64,000 nucleotides of DNA from Bdellovibrionales bacterium (GTDB lineage Bacteria; Bdellovibrionota; Bdellovibrionia; Bdellovibrionales; UBA1609): the NCBI GenBank assembly GCA_965205945.1, contig CBDBIB010000003.1:64001-128000 (forward strand). The letters are read 5' to 3'. Made by a program: the position numbers and the translations under genes. The notes under the pieces are model-generated. The model saw only the letters and a list, made by a program, of their open reading frames with translations, was not told the origin of the DNA and ran no database searches. This document shows positions 10,778 through 21,118 of the stretch, piece after piece (positions within the stretch are counted from its first letter, which is position 1; every line of letters starts with the position of its first letter).

Positions 10778-10906
10778 TTTTTTTATAATTAACTTATTTT
10801 AATACAAAAATTATTTAAATAAATCCTTTAAAATCTAAATCTGTCTTAATTTGATTCATTTAAGTGTCATTAATTTTGTATTAAATAAAGATAAAAAATT
10901 TTTAAT

Positions 10907-10933
10907 TAAAGAAAATCTTAAGAATGAACGATA
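10907..10933 (+). promoter_or_regulatory. Candidate sigma-28 (FliA) promoter upstream of flp
   Basis: TAAAG-N16-ACGATA, resembling TAAA-N15-GCCGATAA. Confidence 0.4.
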
Positions 10934-10988
10934 AGAGGTATGAGATAATACTTGTAAGATATTTAATTATTTGTAAGGGGGAAGGATA

Positions 10989-11186
10989 ATGAAAAAGATT
11001 ACACAAGGATTTAAAAAAGCGGTCGTGAATTTTTGGAAGGATGAAGATGCACAGGGAATGATAGAGTATATTCTTATTCTTGTAGCAGTGGTTGGCATTG
11101 TAACTTTCGCAGGCGGTGCCATTAAAAGAGCGGTTACCGGCAAAGCTACCGGTTTAGGGGATAAAATCAATGGTGCTGATTTTTAG
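10989..11186 (+). CDS. flp: Flp family type IVb pilin
   Basis: DEDAQG|MIEYILIL Flp cleavage motif followed by a hydrophobic helix. Confidence 0.9.
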   Translation: MKKITQGFKKAVVNFWKDEDAQGMIEYILILVAVVGIVTFAGGAIKRAVTGKATGLGDKINGADF

Positions 11187-11189
11187 TAA

Positions 11190-11411
11190 ATGACACTAGA
11201 ACTTGTACTTTTAATATCTTTTGTAGGGCTTATAATAACCTCCGCAATGATGGGTGAGAATGGACTTACGGCTCAGTTTCGTAATTCTGGACCTATGCTT
11301 GCAATTCGTATGGAAAAAAGAATGACTACAGGAAAATGTTTTCATGTGCCTGTGGGCGGAGGCAAGCCATGTAATCATATGTTATTTAACGGAGCCTCAA
11401 AAATAAAGTAA
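11190..11411 (+). CDS. Second Flp-like/minor pilin
   Basis: MTLELVLL pilin-like N-terminus with Glu, directly after flp. Confidence 0.55.
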   Translation: MTLELVLLISFVGLIITSAMMGENGLTAQFRNSGPMLAIRMEKRMTTGKCFHVPVGGGKPCNHMLFNGASKIK

Positions 11412-11438
11412 ATGTTGTTTTATGACGATATATAATTT

Positions 11439-11951
11439 ATGTTTGAGTCATTACAGATTTATGTATCCTATATTATATTTACTGTGATTCTTTTAGAGTT
11501 GATTTTTGCTGTTTATCTAGATTTAGCAACAGCAAAATTTCCAAATAAACTTTTTATTGTTTACCTAAGTGTTAATACAATTTTATTTATTTTACTTCAT
11601 GGATTATCAGGCATGGGTATAAGTCTTATGACTTTTGGAATTGCAATTTTATTACTTATTCCCATATATTTTACAAAAATATTAGGAGGGGGAGATATTA
11701 AGTTAATACTCTCAATTTCTCCAGCATTGTTAATGGATGAATTTATTAGTTTTCTTTTCATGTCATTTTTATGGGCTGGATTATTTGGTTTATTAAGAAG
11801 TCTTCTTGGGGGAAACTTAAGAGCACTTTTAATGAATACATTTTTTGTTTTTAAAAAAGTTACAGTAGCAGAAGATATGATGCCATTTACAGTGGGGATT
11901 TTACTTGGTTGGTGTTCATATAAATCTATTTTAGGGTTGGGGTTTATATGA
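11439..11951 (+). CDS. cpaA: Prepilin peptidase CpaA/TadV (A24)
   Basis: YLDL...FPNK and LGGGDIKL aspartic peptidase motifs. Confidence 0.85.
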   Translation: MFESLQIYVSYIIFTVILLELIFAVYLDLATAKFPNKLFIVYLSVNTILFILLHGLSGMGISLMTFGIAILLLIPIYFTKILGGGDIKLILSISPALLMDEFISFLFMSFLWAGLFGLLRSLLGGNLRALLMNTFFVFKKVTVAEDMMPFTVGILLGWCSYKSILGLGFI

Positions 11952-12211
11952 GCAAAATAAACTTAAAAAATAGATATAAAGAATCTGGACAATTTATGCT
12001 TGAAGCTATTTTATTAATGATCTTATTTTTAGGAGTTACAGTAATTTTAAAGAAAAAATTTGATGAGAAAAATATTCTAGGTTTACTCGTAGCAAAACCA
12101 TGGGAGCAGATATCTGGAATGATGTCACATGGTTTTTGGAAATCTGAGTCTTTTAGTCCTGATCTACATCCTCAAGCGCTACAATTATCAAGAGCAGGAG
12201 ATTCTCAGTGA
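11948..12211 (+). CDS. TadE-like minor pilin
   Basis: ESGQ|FMLEAILL prepilin motif. Confidence 0.7.
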   Translation: MSKINLKNRYKESGQFMLEAILLMILFLGVTVILKKKFDEKNILGLLVAKPWEQISGMMSHGFWKSESFSPDLHPQALQLSRAGDSQ

Positions 12212-12810
12212 AGAATTTAAAAGATCAAGAAGGTATTTTAACTCTTGATTTTATTTTTTCTATTATGGCTATGTATACTATTAGTATGGTTTTTGCGCTT
12301 TTAGCAGTCACTTTAATGTTTTCAACAGTAAGTCAGTATGTTGCATTTTCAATGTCTAGAGCTCATATTTCAGGACAGATTAGTATTAATGATCAACAAG
12401 AAGCTATGCAAAGACAAATGGAAAAAATAATGAACAAGCCGTTATTTAAAAAATTATTAAAACAAACCAAAGGTGGTTGGTTTCAGTTAGAATCTCAGGG
12501 TTCAGCTAGGGATCATTTTGATCTAACTAGAAGCTCAATACATAGAGCCTATGGTGTAAAGTTAAAATATACATCTTACCTGCTTAAAAATTTTAAATTG
12601 CCTTTATTAGGAAATATTAGTGATGGAGCTACTGGTCAATTTGGAGAAGCAAATATTTATAGTTTTTTATATAGAGAGCCTACCACAGAAGAGTGTTTAG
12701 CTTTTAACAAAGCTAGGTGGAGTGTTCTTAAGGAAAGATTTCCTCAAATAAAAACAATGCCAAACTTTATGGATCAAGATTATGGAGCAGCAGCGGACAA
12801 TGGTTGTTAA
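12208..12810 (+). CDS. TadE/TadF-like pseudopilin
   Basis: QEG|ILTLDFIF prepilin-like N-terminus within the tad operon. Confidence 0.6.
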   Translation: MKNLKDQEGILTLDFIFSIMAMYTISMVFALLAVTLMFSTVSQYVAFSMSRAHISGQISINDQQEAMQRQMEKIMNKPLFKKLLKQTKGGWFQLESQGSARDHFDLTRSSIHRAYGVKLKYTSYLLKNFKLPLLGNISDGATGQFGEANIYSFLYREPTTEECLAFNKARWSVLKERFPQIKTMPNFMDQDYGAAADNGC

Positions 12811-12878
12811 GTGATTTTAAAGTGTTGCTAAAAAGTTGCAGCTTAGAGGTCTAGATTTATAAATAAAGTACAGATATT

Positions 12879-12905
12879 TAAAGAAAAACTTTTTAAATAC
12901 CGATT
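12879..12905 (+). promoter_or_regulatory. Candidate sigma-28 promoter
   Basis: TAAAG-N16-CCGATT in the intergenic gap before 12913. Confidence 0.35.
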
Positions 12906-12912
12906 TTAAAGG

Positions 12913-13401
12913 GTGAAAAAAGATAGAAAAATTTTTCCAAAAATTAGAAAAAATGAAAAAGGTATGTCTTTACTTGAAAGTCTTCCTTTAATATTGGTTC
13001 TTGCAAGTTTAATAGGGTTTTTACTTGGGCTATGGGGGATGACACATAAAAGTATTCTACATTCAATTGCAGCAAGAAATAATGCGTTTAGAGTATTTAA
13101 TCATAGAGCAAATTTAATATACTATAGTGATACCGATAAAGAGGAGCACTCATATTTAATAAGTGGACTTAGATTTTTTACAGTGGCTGAAAAACCTTCT
13201 GGTAGTGACGGATTTTATGCGTTTACAACACCTATGAGGTTTCCATCAGAAGAGCCAGTGAACGAGCCTTCTCAACTACATACAACAAGAATTTGGGAAG
13301 AGGGAAGAATTCCTATTAATAATGAGGCAATATTAGGAACTAAACAGCCATGGATTATGGTTGCATATGGAATTTGTTTAAATTCAGGGTGTGGGGAGTA
13401 A
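12913..13401 (+). CDS. TadE-like pseudopilin
   Basis: NEKG|MSLLESLP prepilin motif. Confidence 0.7.
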   Translation: MKKDRKIFPKIRKNEKGMSLLESLPLILVLASLIGFLLGLWGMTHKSILHSIAARNNAFRVFNHRANLIYYSDTDKEEHSYLISGLRFFTVAEKPSGSDGFYAFTTPMRFPSEEPVNEPSQLHTTRIWEEGRIPINNEAILGTKQPWIMVAYGICLNSGCGE

Positions 13402-13406
13402 GTAAG

Positions 13407-14231
13407 ATGAATCAAGAAAGTAAGAACTTATGGATGGCCGTTATTTTTGCTGTAGTAGCAGCAGGGCTTCTTTATAGTCATATTCAAGAAAAAAATAAAG
13501 AAGTGACTAAAAAATATGGAGCTAAGACTACAGTTGTTTTTGCAAAAGTAGGTATTAATGAGATGGCACCAATTAATGAAACTCAAGTTGAACTTAAACA
13601 AATGCCTATTGAATTTATTTCTCCGAGTTCTATACAAGATCCTAATGAAATTATAGGTATGGTGGCGTTGGTTTCTTTTAAAGCTGGGGAACAGATTTTA
13701 AGGAATAAGATTACAAGGCCTTCGCCATTAACAGGGCTTTCTATTCAAGTTTCTCCAGGAAAAAGAGCTATTACTATACCTGTTGATGATATGAGGGCAG
13801 TAGCAAAGCTTTTAAAACCAGGAGATCGTGTTGATATTCTTGCAGCAGTATCAGTTGGTTCAGGTCAAAATAGAAGAAAAGAAGTTAAGCCTCTTATGCA
13901 AAGTGTTCCAATACTAGCTACGGGTGTTCAAATAACAAATGAGCTTCCTGTTTTATATGAGAAAAATAAAAAAGGAGATGCTGTTATTATTAAAAATTTA
14001 ACAAGAAATATAAACTTTAATAGTGTTACTATTGAGGCTAGTCCAATAGAGGCTCAGAAAATCTTTTTTATTCTTAATCAGAATCCAAAGGATTTGATGA
14101 TGGTTTTAAGGCACCCATCAGATACAGGCCCAACCTCGGTTAGAAGTACAACTTCACAGAGTATTTTAGGAAGAAGGCTTCCTGCAGGAGACAATAAAAA
14201 AACACAAACAGGTACAAGAGGTTTTAGATAA
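13407..14231 (+). CDS. cpaB: Flp pilus assembly protein CpaB/RcpC
   Basis: SAF-like domain and PGKRAITIPVD...LLKPGDRVDIL motif. ATG 13407 taken as start. Confidence 0.88.
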   Translation: MNQESKNLWMAVIFAVVAAGLLYSHIQEKNKEVTKKYGAKTTVVFAKVGINEMAPINETQVELKQMPIEFISPSSIQDPNEIIGMVALVSFKAGEQILRNKITRPSPLTGLSIQVSPGKRAITIPVDDMRAVAKLLKPGDRVDILAAVSVGSGQNRRKEVKPLMQSVPILATGVQITNELPVLYEKNKKGDAVIIKNLTRNINFNSVTIEASPIEAQKIFFILNQNPKDLMMVLRHPSDTGPTSVRSTTSQSILGRRLPAGDNKKTQTGTRGFR

Positions 14232-14233
14232 AA

Positions 14234-15739
14234 ATGCTTAAAATCTTACTCTTTTTATTATTTATTGGAGTTCGTATAGGTACTTCCTATGCAGAGATTG
14301 TTATTGAAGGTGAAACTGAATATATAGATCTTATTCAAGGTGTTTATGTTGATAAAAAATATGAAGATCTTCCTGATAAATCAATATTTAAATTTGAAAA
14401 TAAAAAGTTTAAAAAATATGTGGATCTTGTTTATGATAATGATAGGAAAATGATGAGGTTTAAGCCTAAACGAAAAGGATCTACTATAATTAGATTTGTA
14501 AATAAAAGAGATCCAGATCTTATAATAAAACAGATTAAGGTGACAGTTCAAGAAAGAAATTTAGATCGAGTTGCAAAAGAAATTAAATCTCTTCTTGGTG
14601 AAATTGAGGGCATTGAGATAAAAATTCTTAATAATAAAGTTATTGTTGACGGATATATTCTTTTAGCAAAAGATTTAAATAGAATTGCAATGGTTTTAGA
14701 GCATTATGATCCAAAGCAAGTAGTGTCTATTGTCAGGCTTAGTCCCTTAACTCGAGTAAAAATTGCAGAAAGAATTGAGGCTCAAATAGATGATCCTAAT
14801 ATATATGTAGAAGTTATAAATGATTATTTTATTTTAGGAGGTAACGAATCCTTTAGTGGTCAGAAGGCAATAGCAGGGGAGTATGCACAAGCGCTTATTT
14901 CTGATATTTTGTCAAAACCTGCAGAATCAAGTGTAAGAGGTGGATCAACAATCGTATCTGTACGATCGCCTAGTAATCCGATTATTAATAATATTAGATT
15001 GTTACAAAAGAAGAAACCACCAAGTAAAAAGATAATACAAATAGTAGTACATTATGTAGAATTATCAAAAACCTATGGAAAAGGTTTTAATTTTTCATGG
15101 GCTCCGACATTTGTAGATACAGGAAATCTTGAGTTAAATGGTAATAACGTAAATTCTTCAAATATTATTGAATCTTTGTCGACAACGATCTCTAATTTAT
15201 TGCCAAGATTAAATTGGGCAAGGCACCACGGGCATGCAAGAATTTTAGACACGATGAATGTAACAACTGAAGAGGGTAAAAAAGGTACAGTAAATTCTGA
15301 AAAACAAATATCTAGACTTCAAACAACAGAACAAGGTGGAGTTTCTCCTCAAATAGTCAAAGCAAATGTAAAAACAGAGGCAACACCAACGATAGATCAG
15401 GCTAGACCAGATAATATTAAATTAGATTTAAATATTCAAATTGGAGAAATTAGTGAAGTTTCTGCAGCTGCTAACACCACATCGACAAATCAGGTACAGA
15501 CTGTAATCACAGTTCGTAATAAACGAAGTGCTGCAATCGCAGGGCTTTTAAGGAGTTCATCAAGTACTGCTTACAATAAAACTCCGAATGCTAATCTAAA
15601 TGCTCTTTTTAGAATGGGGGCTTCAAAAGATTTAGACAGAAGTCAAAGTCAATTCGTTATTTTCGTAACGCCCATAATTAAATATAATGCAAGCGAGGGT
15701 ATTGATCATATAAAGCGTAAATTTAGACTAGACAAATAG
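14234..15739 (+). CDS. cpaC: Tad secretin CpaC/RcpA with BON-like N-terminal region
   Basis: Signal peptide, IQIVVHYVELSK, SAAIAGLL and FVIFVTPII secretin features; operon position. Confidence 0.8.
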   Translation: MLKILLFLLFIGVRIGTSYAEIVIEGETEYIDLIQGVYVDKKYEDLPDKSIFKFENKKFKKYVDLVYDNDRKMMRFKPKRKGSTIIRFVNKRDPDLIIKQIKVTVQERNLDRVAKEIKSLLGEIEGIEIKILNNKVIVDGYILLAKDLNRIAMVLEHYDPKQVVSIVRLSPLTRVKIAERIEAQIDDPNIYVEVINDYFILGGNESFSGQKAIAGEYAQALISDILSKPAESSVRGGSTIVSVRSPSNPIINNIRLLQKKKPPSKKIIQIVVHYVELSKTYGKGFNFSWAPTFVDTGNLELNGNNVNSSNIIESLSTTISNLLPRLNWARHHGHARILDTMNVTTEEGKKGTVNSEKQISRLQTTEQGGVSPQIVKANVKTEATPTIDQARPDNIKLDLNIQIGEISEVSAAANTTSTNQVQTVITVRNKRSAAIAGLLRSSSSTAYNKTPNANLNALFRMGASKDLDRSQSQFVIFVTPIIKYNASEGIDHIKRKFRLDK

Positions 15740-15827
15740 ATAGATAAAAAATAAGGATTTTTTTTAAAATTTTAAATCGAGTCTAAAAATCATTTATTAA
15801 TAAATTAAAAAGTCCGATAAAAACTAT

Positions 15828-18062
15828 ATGACTATAGCAAAAAATTGTCATCTTATTTCAGTAACCAGTGGTAAAGGTGGGGTTGGAAAATCTATCTTTT
15901 GCACCAATTTATCTGTGGCTTTAAGGACAGAGTTTAAGCAGCCAGTACTCTTAGTTGATTTAGATGTGAACTCTTGTGGAGATCAAAGTATTTTATTGGG
16001 AGTTAAGCCTGAAAGATCAATTATGGATCTTGCAAGATCTAAGCAATCATTATCTCAAAAAACATTGGATCAGTTTATAGTTAAACACAGCTCAAATATT
16101 CATTATTTAGCGGCTGTGAGTGATTCATCACAAAGTTTAGTGTTGAATGCAAATATTTTTAGTCAACAGATCTCAATCATGAGTCAGTTTTATAAATATA
16201 TTATTATTGATCTTGGAAGTAATATAAATTCTTTACAGTTAAAGGCTTTAGAGCTTTCAAGTGTGGCCTTAACTTTAACCACTCCAGATATTTTAACTAT
16301 AAATCAAACTAAAAAGTTTTTAAATAAGATGATTGCAGAAACGTTTCCTGTAGAATTTTTTAAAATTGTTATTAATAAGGCATCTGCATCAGGTCTAAGG
16401 CCTGATTCTATTATAAAAACATTAGATTTGCCTTTAAATGGAATTATTCCAAAGGACGATGCTACTGTTATAAATTCTTTAAACAAGATGCAGCCATTTG
16501 TACAAACTTCTCCACGTTTATTAATATCTACTGCATATTTTAATTTAATTAGAAAAATAACGGGTGGTCAATTAGATGCAGCCAGAACTTTTTTAAATAA
16601 CAAAAAAATTAAAAAAAAAGAACTGACTGTTGGGGATAAAAAAGTAAAAGTTATAGATAATGACATTCAATTAAAGATTCAAATTCATAATGAATTGATT
16701 AAAGAAATGGATTTGAAAAAAGATGTGGGTGCTACTCGACAAGATTCTCAAAAAGAAAAAGAATTGAGGCAAAAAACACAGCTTGTAGTTACTAAAATTG
16801 TGGATAAAAGGGCTTTAAATCTTGAACGAGATGATAGGTCTCGGATAATTAAAGATGTTTTAGATGAGGCTTTAGGATTAGGAGCTTTAGAAAAGTTACT
16901 TGCTGATGATACGGTCTCTGAGATTATGGTTAATGGAGCTTCAAAAATATTTGTGGAAAAAAACGGATGTGTTCAACTTAGTAAGGCAAGGTTTACATCG
17001 AATCAACAGCTTAGAAACATAATAGAAAGAATTGTAACGCCTATAGGTAGGAGGATTGATGAGAAAACTCCTTATTGCGATGCTAGATTGGTCGATGGTA
17101 GTCGTGTAAATGCTGTTATTGAACCTTTAGCAATTGATGGACCTTCACTAACAATTAGAAAATTTTCAAAAGATGAAATTACATATAAAAATTATTTAGA
17201 GTGGGCCTCTATGACTCAACCAATGATAGATTTTTTAAGAATATCTGTAGAGCAAGGGTTAAATATAATTATTTCAGGTGGTACAGGTTCAGGTAAGACA
17301 ACACTTCTTAATACAATGTCTGGTTTTATACCTGCAAATGAAAGAATTGTTACAGTTGAGGATGCTGCTGAGTTACAACTTAAACAAGAGCATGTTGTTA
17401 GATTAGAAACTCGAGTGGCTAATATGGATGGTGGAGGAGAGATTTCAATTAGGGATTTGGTAAAAAATTCTTTAAGGATGAGACCAGATAGAGTGATTGT
17501 GGGTGAGTGTCGTGATGGAGCTGCGTTAGATATGCTTCAAGCAATGAATACAGGGCATGATGGATCAATGACAACAGTTCATGCCAATACGCCTAAAGAA
17601 GCAATCGGGCGACTTGAAACGCTTTGTTTAATGGCTGGAATGGATTTGCCGGCAAAAGCTATTCGAGAGCAGATTGCCGGGGCTGTAAACTTATTTGTAC
17701 AAATTGGTAGATTAAGTGATGGAAGTAGAAAAGTAAAATACGTCACAGAAGTAGGTGCTTTTAGAGGTGAAGTTATTGAGCTTCAGGATATTTTTATTTT
17801 TAAAGAAGAAGGTTTTGATAAAAATCGTAAAATTCAGGGCTCATTTAAATGGACAGGAAACATACCAAAATGTGTTGAAAAATTTGAAAAAAGAGGAGTT
17901 ATAATTCCACGCTCAATCTTTTCAGCAAGTATTAATAATCAACCTCCTAAAAAAGAAGCCACTATTGGAGTTCAAAGATCTGGTTTGTCTAAGCCTAGAA
18001 CAATCCAGAATAAAGGAAACATTTTAAGGGGAAATATTAAAAAAGTTAGTGGGGGAAACTAG
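15828..18062 (+). CDS. tadA: Fused CpaE/TadZ (MinD-like) and CpaF/TadA pilus ATPase
   Basis: N-terminal SGKGGVGKS; C-terminal GGTGSGKTT, EDAAEL, LRMRPDRVIVGECR and NTGHDGS. Confidence 0.92.
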   Translation: MTIAKNCHLISVTSGKGGVGKSIFCTNLSVALRTEFKQPVLLVDLDVNSCGDQSILLGVKPERSIMDLARSKQSLSQKTLDQFIVKHSSNIHYLAAVSDSSQSLVLNANIFSQQISIMSQFYKYIIIDLGSNINSLQLKALELSSVALTLTTPDILTINQTKKFLNKMIAETFPVEFFKIVINKASASGLRPDSIIKTLDLPLNGIIPKDDATVINSLNKMQPFVQTSPRLLISTAYFNLIRKITGGQLDAARTFLNNKKIKKKELTVGDKKVKVIDNDIQLKIQIHNELIKEMDLKKDVGATRQDSQKEKELRQKTQLVVTKIVDKRALNLERDDRSRIIKDVLDEALGLGALEKLLADDTVSEIMVNGASKIFVEKNGCVQLSKARFTSNQQLRNIIERIVTPIGRRIDEKTPYCDARLVDGSRVNAVIEPLAIDGPSLTIRKFSKDEITYKNYLEWASMTQPMIDFLRISVEQGLNIIISGGTGSGKTTLLNTMSGFIPANERIVTVEDAAELQLKQEHVVRLETRVANMDGGGEISIRDLVKNSLRMRPDRVIVGECRDGAALDMLQAMNTGHDGSMTTVHANTPKEAIGRLETLCLMAGMDLPAKAIREQIAGAVNLFVQIGRLSDGSRKVKYVTEVGAFRGEVIELQDIFIFKEEGFDKNRKIQGSFKWTGNIPKCVEKFEKRGVIIPRSIFSASINNQPPKKEATIGVQRSGLSKPRTIQNKGNILRGNIKKVSGGN

Positions 18063-18064
18063 AG

Positions 18065-18964
18065 GTGGAAGCAATAGTATCATTTATAGGCTCTTATGTA
18101 CAAAACACATGGGTTATCATGATTTTAATTATAATCTGTGTTTTTATTTCAACACTCTTTGGTTGGACTTATGTAATTGATTTTGTAAAGACTACAGCTT
18201 GGGCGAATAAGGATGAGATTAAAAGAAAACTTGATTTAATCTATGTTAATCTTGAAGAAGAAAAATTATCTATATTTTTAATTATAGTAAGTTATGGTTT
18301 AGGTGTAGTGTTTTTCTTTTTATTTCTCCCTAATATTATGGCAGGTTTAGTTGTAGGAGGAATTATAATTTTTGCAGGTTTAAAAATTCCTCTTATAATC
18401 ATTGAATCTTTGTATCAAAAAAGGTGTCAGAAAGTTGTTGATCAAATGCTTGATGGAATGACTATTATGGCAAATGGGACTAAGGCGGGTAATCCACCAT
18501 CAGTAGCAATGGGTAGAGTTATTGAGAATATTAAAGGACCATTATCTCAAGAGTTTAATTTAGTGAAGAATAAAGAGCATCTTGGAATGAGTTTTGAAGA
18601 TGCATTAGTTGAAATGAGTGAACGCGTTCCAATGCCTGATGTTCAGATGTTTGTAATGTCTGTAAATATTTTAAAGGAAACAGGCGGGAAAATTGATCAA
18701 ACTTTTGAAACTATAAATAGTGTTATTAGAGAAAGGCAGAAGTTGGAAAAAAAAATATCTGCTATGACAGCTCAAGGAATAAGCCAGGGAATTATTATAA
18801 CGGCAATTCCCTTTGTTTTACTAATATTTTTTTGGTTCTCAGATAAAAAAGCGGTGGAACCCATGTTTACAACAATGTTTGGACTTATGATTTTAGGGGC
18901 AATATTTACTTTACAAATTATTGGCGGTCTTATGATAAAAAAAATTGTAACAATAAAGGTATGA
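18065..18964 (+). CDS. tadB: Tad platform protein TadB (T2SSF domain)
   Basis: GPLSQEF, ETGGKI and IRERQKL motifs with three TM blocks. Confidence 0.85.
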   Translation: MEAIVSFIGSYVQNTWVIMILIIICVFISTLFGWTYVIDFVKTTAWANKDEIKRKLDLIYVNLEEEKLSIFLIIVSYGLGVVFFFLFLPNIMAGLVVGGIIIFAGLKIPLIIIESLYQKRCQKVVDQMLDGMTIMANGTKAGNPPSVAMGRVIENIKGPLSQEFNLVKNKEHLGMSFEDALVEMSERVPMPDVQMFVMSVNILKETGGKIDQTFETINSVIRERQKLEKKISAMTAQGISQGIIITAIPFVLLIFFWFSDKKAVEPMFTTMFGLMILGAIFTLQIIGGLMIKKIVTIKV

Positions 18965-20634
18965 TAATGAAGTTTTTATTTTTAAGCATAGGTTTGATTT
19001 TTTCTATAAATATATTAGCTTTTGTAGATATGAAAAATGCGAATTTTTCTGACTCATGGGTAGATTATCAGTCTAGTGGTACAGGCTATCAGTTAAAAAT
19101 TCAAAGAACCTATAACTCAAGATCTACATATGATGGATTTTTTGGTTTTGGTTGGTGTTCTGATTTTGAAACAAGATTAGAGATTATGCCGGATTCTAGT
19201 TTAAAAGTAATTGAGTGTGGGGGAGGGCAGGAAGTGTCATTTACTACAGCTAAAGAATTAAAAGGGTTTAAACTTAGTAAGTATATTAAAAAACTTGTTA
19301 ATTTATCTCAACAAGTAAACCCAAGGCTTAAAAAATCTTATTTAAAAAGATTAGAAAAAGACTTAGAAGACAATCAGTATTTACGAGAAGCACTTGCTAA
19401 AAAACTTGGTGTAAAGGGTAAGATTGAAAACAATTCAACTTTTCTTGCACGAGGTAGAGGGGGTGAAAAAATTCTTTTTAAGGAAGGTTTTTATAGAAGA
19501 ACTTTGGCAGATGGAACGTTTCAGAAATTTAACTCTTCTGGCAAATTGGTGAGCTTATTTGATAGGAATTCAAACTACTTAAGCTTTAGTTATAATGAAA
19601 AAAAACAGCTTATATATGTGACAGGTAATAATGGTCAGAGATTAGATTTTAAGTATCATTCAAACGATAAAATTTCAGAGATTAGAACTCCTGAAAGAAA
19701 AGTACTAAAATATTCTTATTTAGGCCAAGATTTGCAAAAAGTTATAAATGCTTGGAATATGAAATACTCTTACAAATATGATTCGTTACATAACTTAACA
19801 ACCGTAGTTTTTCCAGATAAATCGGTTAAAGAAATTATATACAATAAAGATAAAGATTTGGTTATAGGATTTCGAAATAGAGATTCTTGTAAAGAAGATT
19901 ATTTTTATAAAGGGAGTAAAGATAATCCAAGGAATCATTATTGGAGTACCGTAGTAAAGAGATGTAATGGTAAGATAACAAATGAATCAAAATATGAGTT
20001 TTGGCATAGGAAAAAATCTGATGGAACAGGGAAGTATTTATATAGAGTGTTATCTAAAAACAATGGAGATATTGTGGATGTGACATATCATGATATTTTT
20101 GGAAAGCCGCTTATGATAAATGAGAATCAGAAAAGAACATGGTTTAAATATAACCGTATGGGACTGATGACAGAGAAAAGAACACCTGTAGAAAAAAATA
20201 TATATAAATATGATAAGACTTGCTATAAAATTAGTTTTATTACTAAAGAAGAGTATGGGAATTTTGAAAAAAGAGATAAAATAACATATAAGGAATCAAC
20301 AAAGTTTGTATATGATAAGTCTAAATGTAACTTAGTCTATGCAGCTAATTCACAAGGGATTAAAGTAAAAGTTGAGTATGACAGATTTGGAAGAATTAAT
20401 AAATTAATTGATCAGTCTCAAAAATTTATAAAGCTTATTTATAGTAAAGCTCATGGAAAACCAGATTATATTGTTTACCCAGGGCTAGGTTCAATAAAAG
20501 TTATTTATAATAACAAAGGTGAAATGCAAGACGTTAAAAGTAGCAAAGGGGCTGAGGTTGCGGCTCAAGTAGCAACCATATTTAATAACCTTTTAAAAGT
20601 AGTTTCACCGGCAACTTCGGGGTTAAGTATATGA
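18961..20634 (+). CDS. Secreted RHS/YD-repeat protein (Bd0109-like)
   Basis: Signal peptide, RTYNSRS...GFFGFGW (DUF6531-like) and YKYD/YD repeats; position after tadB. Confidence 0.8.
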   Translation: MIMKFLFLSIGLIFSINILAFVDMKNANFSDSWVDYQSSGTGYQLKIQRTYNSRSTYDGFFGFGWCSDFETRLEIMPDSSLKVIECGGGQEVSFTTAKELKGFKLSKYIKKLVNLSQQVNPRLKKSYLKRLEKDLEDNQYLREALAKKLGVKGKIENNSTFLARGRGGEKILFKEGFYRRTLADGTFQKFNSSGKLVSLFDRNSNYLSFSYNEKKQLIYVTGNNGQRLDFKYHSNDKISEIRTPERKVLKYSYLGQDLQKVINAWNMKYSYKYDSLHNLTTVVFPDKSVKEIIYNKDKDLVIGFRNRDSCKEDYFYKGSKDNPRNHYWSTVVKRCNGKITNESKYEFWHRKKSDGTGKYLYRVLSKNNGDIVDVTYHDIFGKPLMINENQKRTWFKYNRMGLMTEKRTPVEKNIYKYDKTCYKISFITKEEYGNFEKRDKITYKESTKFVYDKSKCNLVYAANSQGIKVKVEYDRFGRINKLIDQSQKFIKLIYSKAHGKPDYIVYPGLGSIKVIYNNKGEMQDVKSSKGAEVAAQVATIFNNLLKVVSPATSGLSI

Positions 20635-20918
20635 AAATTCTAAGAATAAAGGTACAAGTGATTTTAGTTTTATTAATGTGTTTTGTTTCAATAAAGACAT
20701 TTTCTGTTCTTATGCCTATGCCTAAAGAGCAAGATAATAAACCATCTCAGAATTCAGTTCTGCCTCCTATGGGTACAGTGGATTGTAAAGGGTGTTTTAA
20801 AGCACTTAAAACAGGTGCTAATACAGGTGATCTAGAACTTATAGAGTATCATAAAAGACAAATTCTTGGAGGAGATAGGAATCTAAACACCCCTCAAGCT
20901 ATTGAGGAAGAATGGTAA
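20631..20918 (+). CDS. Small secreted protein at the hit (Bd0108) position, with CxxC
   Basis: Signal peptide, Pro/Gln-rich linker and DCKGC; overlaps the RHS gene stop. Confidence 0.55.
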   Translation: MKILRIKVQVILVLLMCFVSIKTFSVLMPMPKEQDNKPSQNSVLPPMGTVDCKGCFKALKTGANTGDLELIEYHKRQILGGDRNLNTPQAIEEEW

Positions 20919-20988
20919 TATGAAAAGAGGATGTGATCGTTTAAAGTAGCAGGAATAAAGTTCATCTAAAATGATTTTTGGTTAAAGT

Positions 20989-21014
20989 TTAAGAAAATAA
21001 AGAAGATACCGATA
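20989..21014 (+). promoter_or_regulatory. Candidate sigma-28 promoter
   Basis: TTAAG-N15-CCGATA. Confidence 0.45.
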
Positions 21015-21118
21015 GGTGAGGTAATGAAGTGTTTTTTATAATCTTTTCTTAAAAGAAGGTTAGCAGGATAAGATTTTAATTAAAGTATAAAGTAACTCAT
21101 ATAAATCTTTGTTATGGA

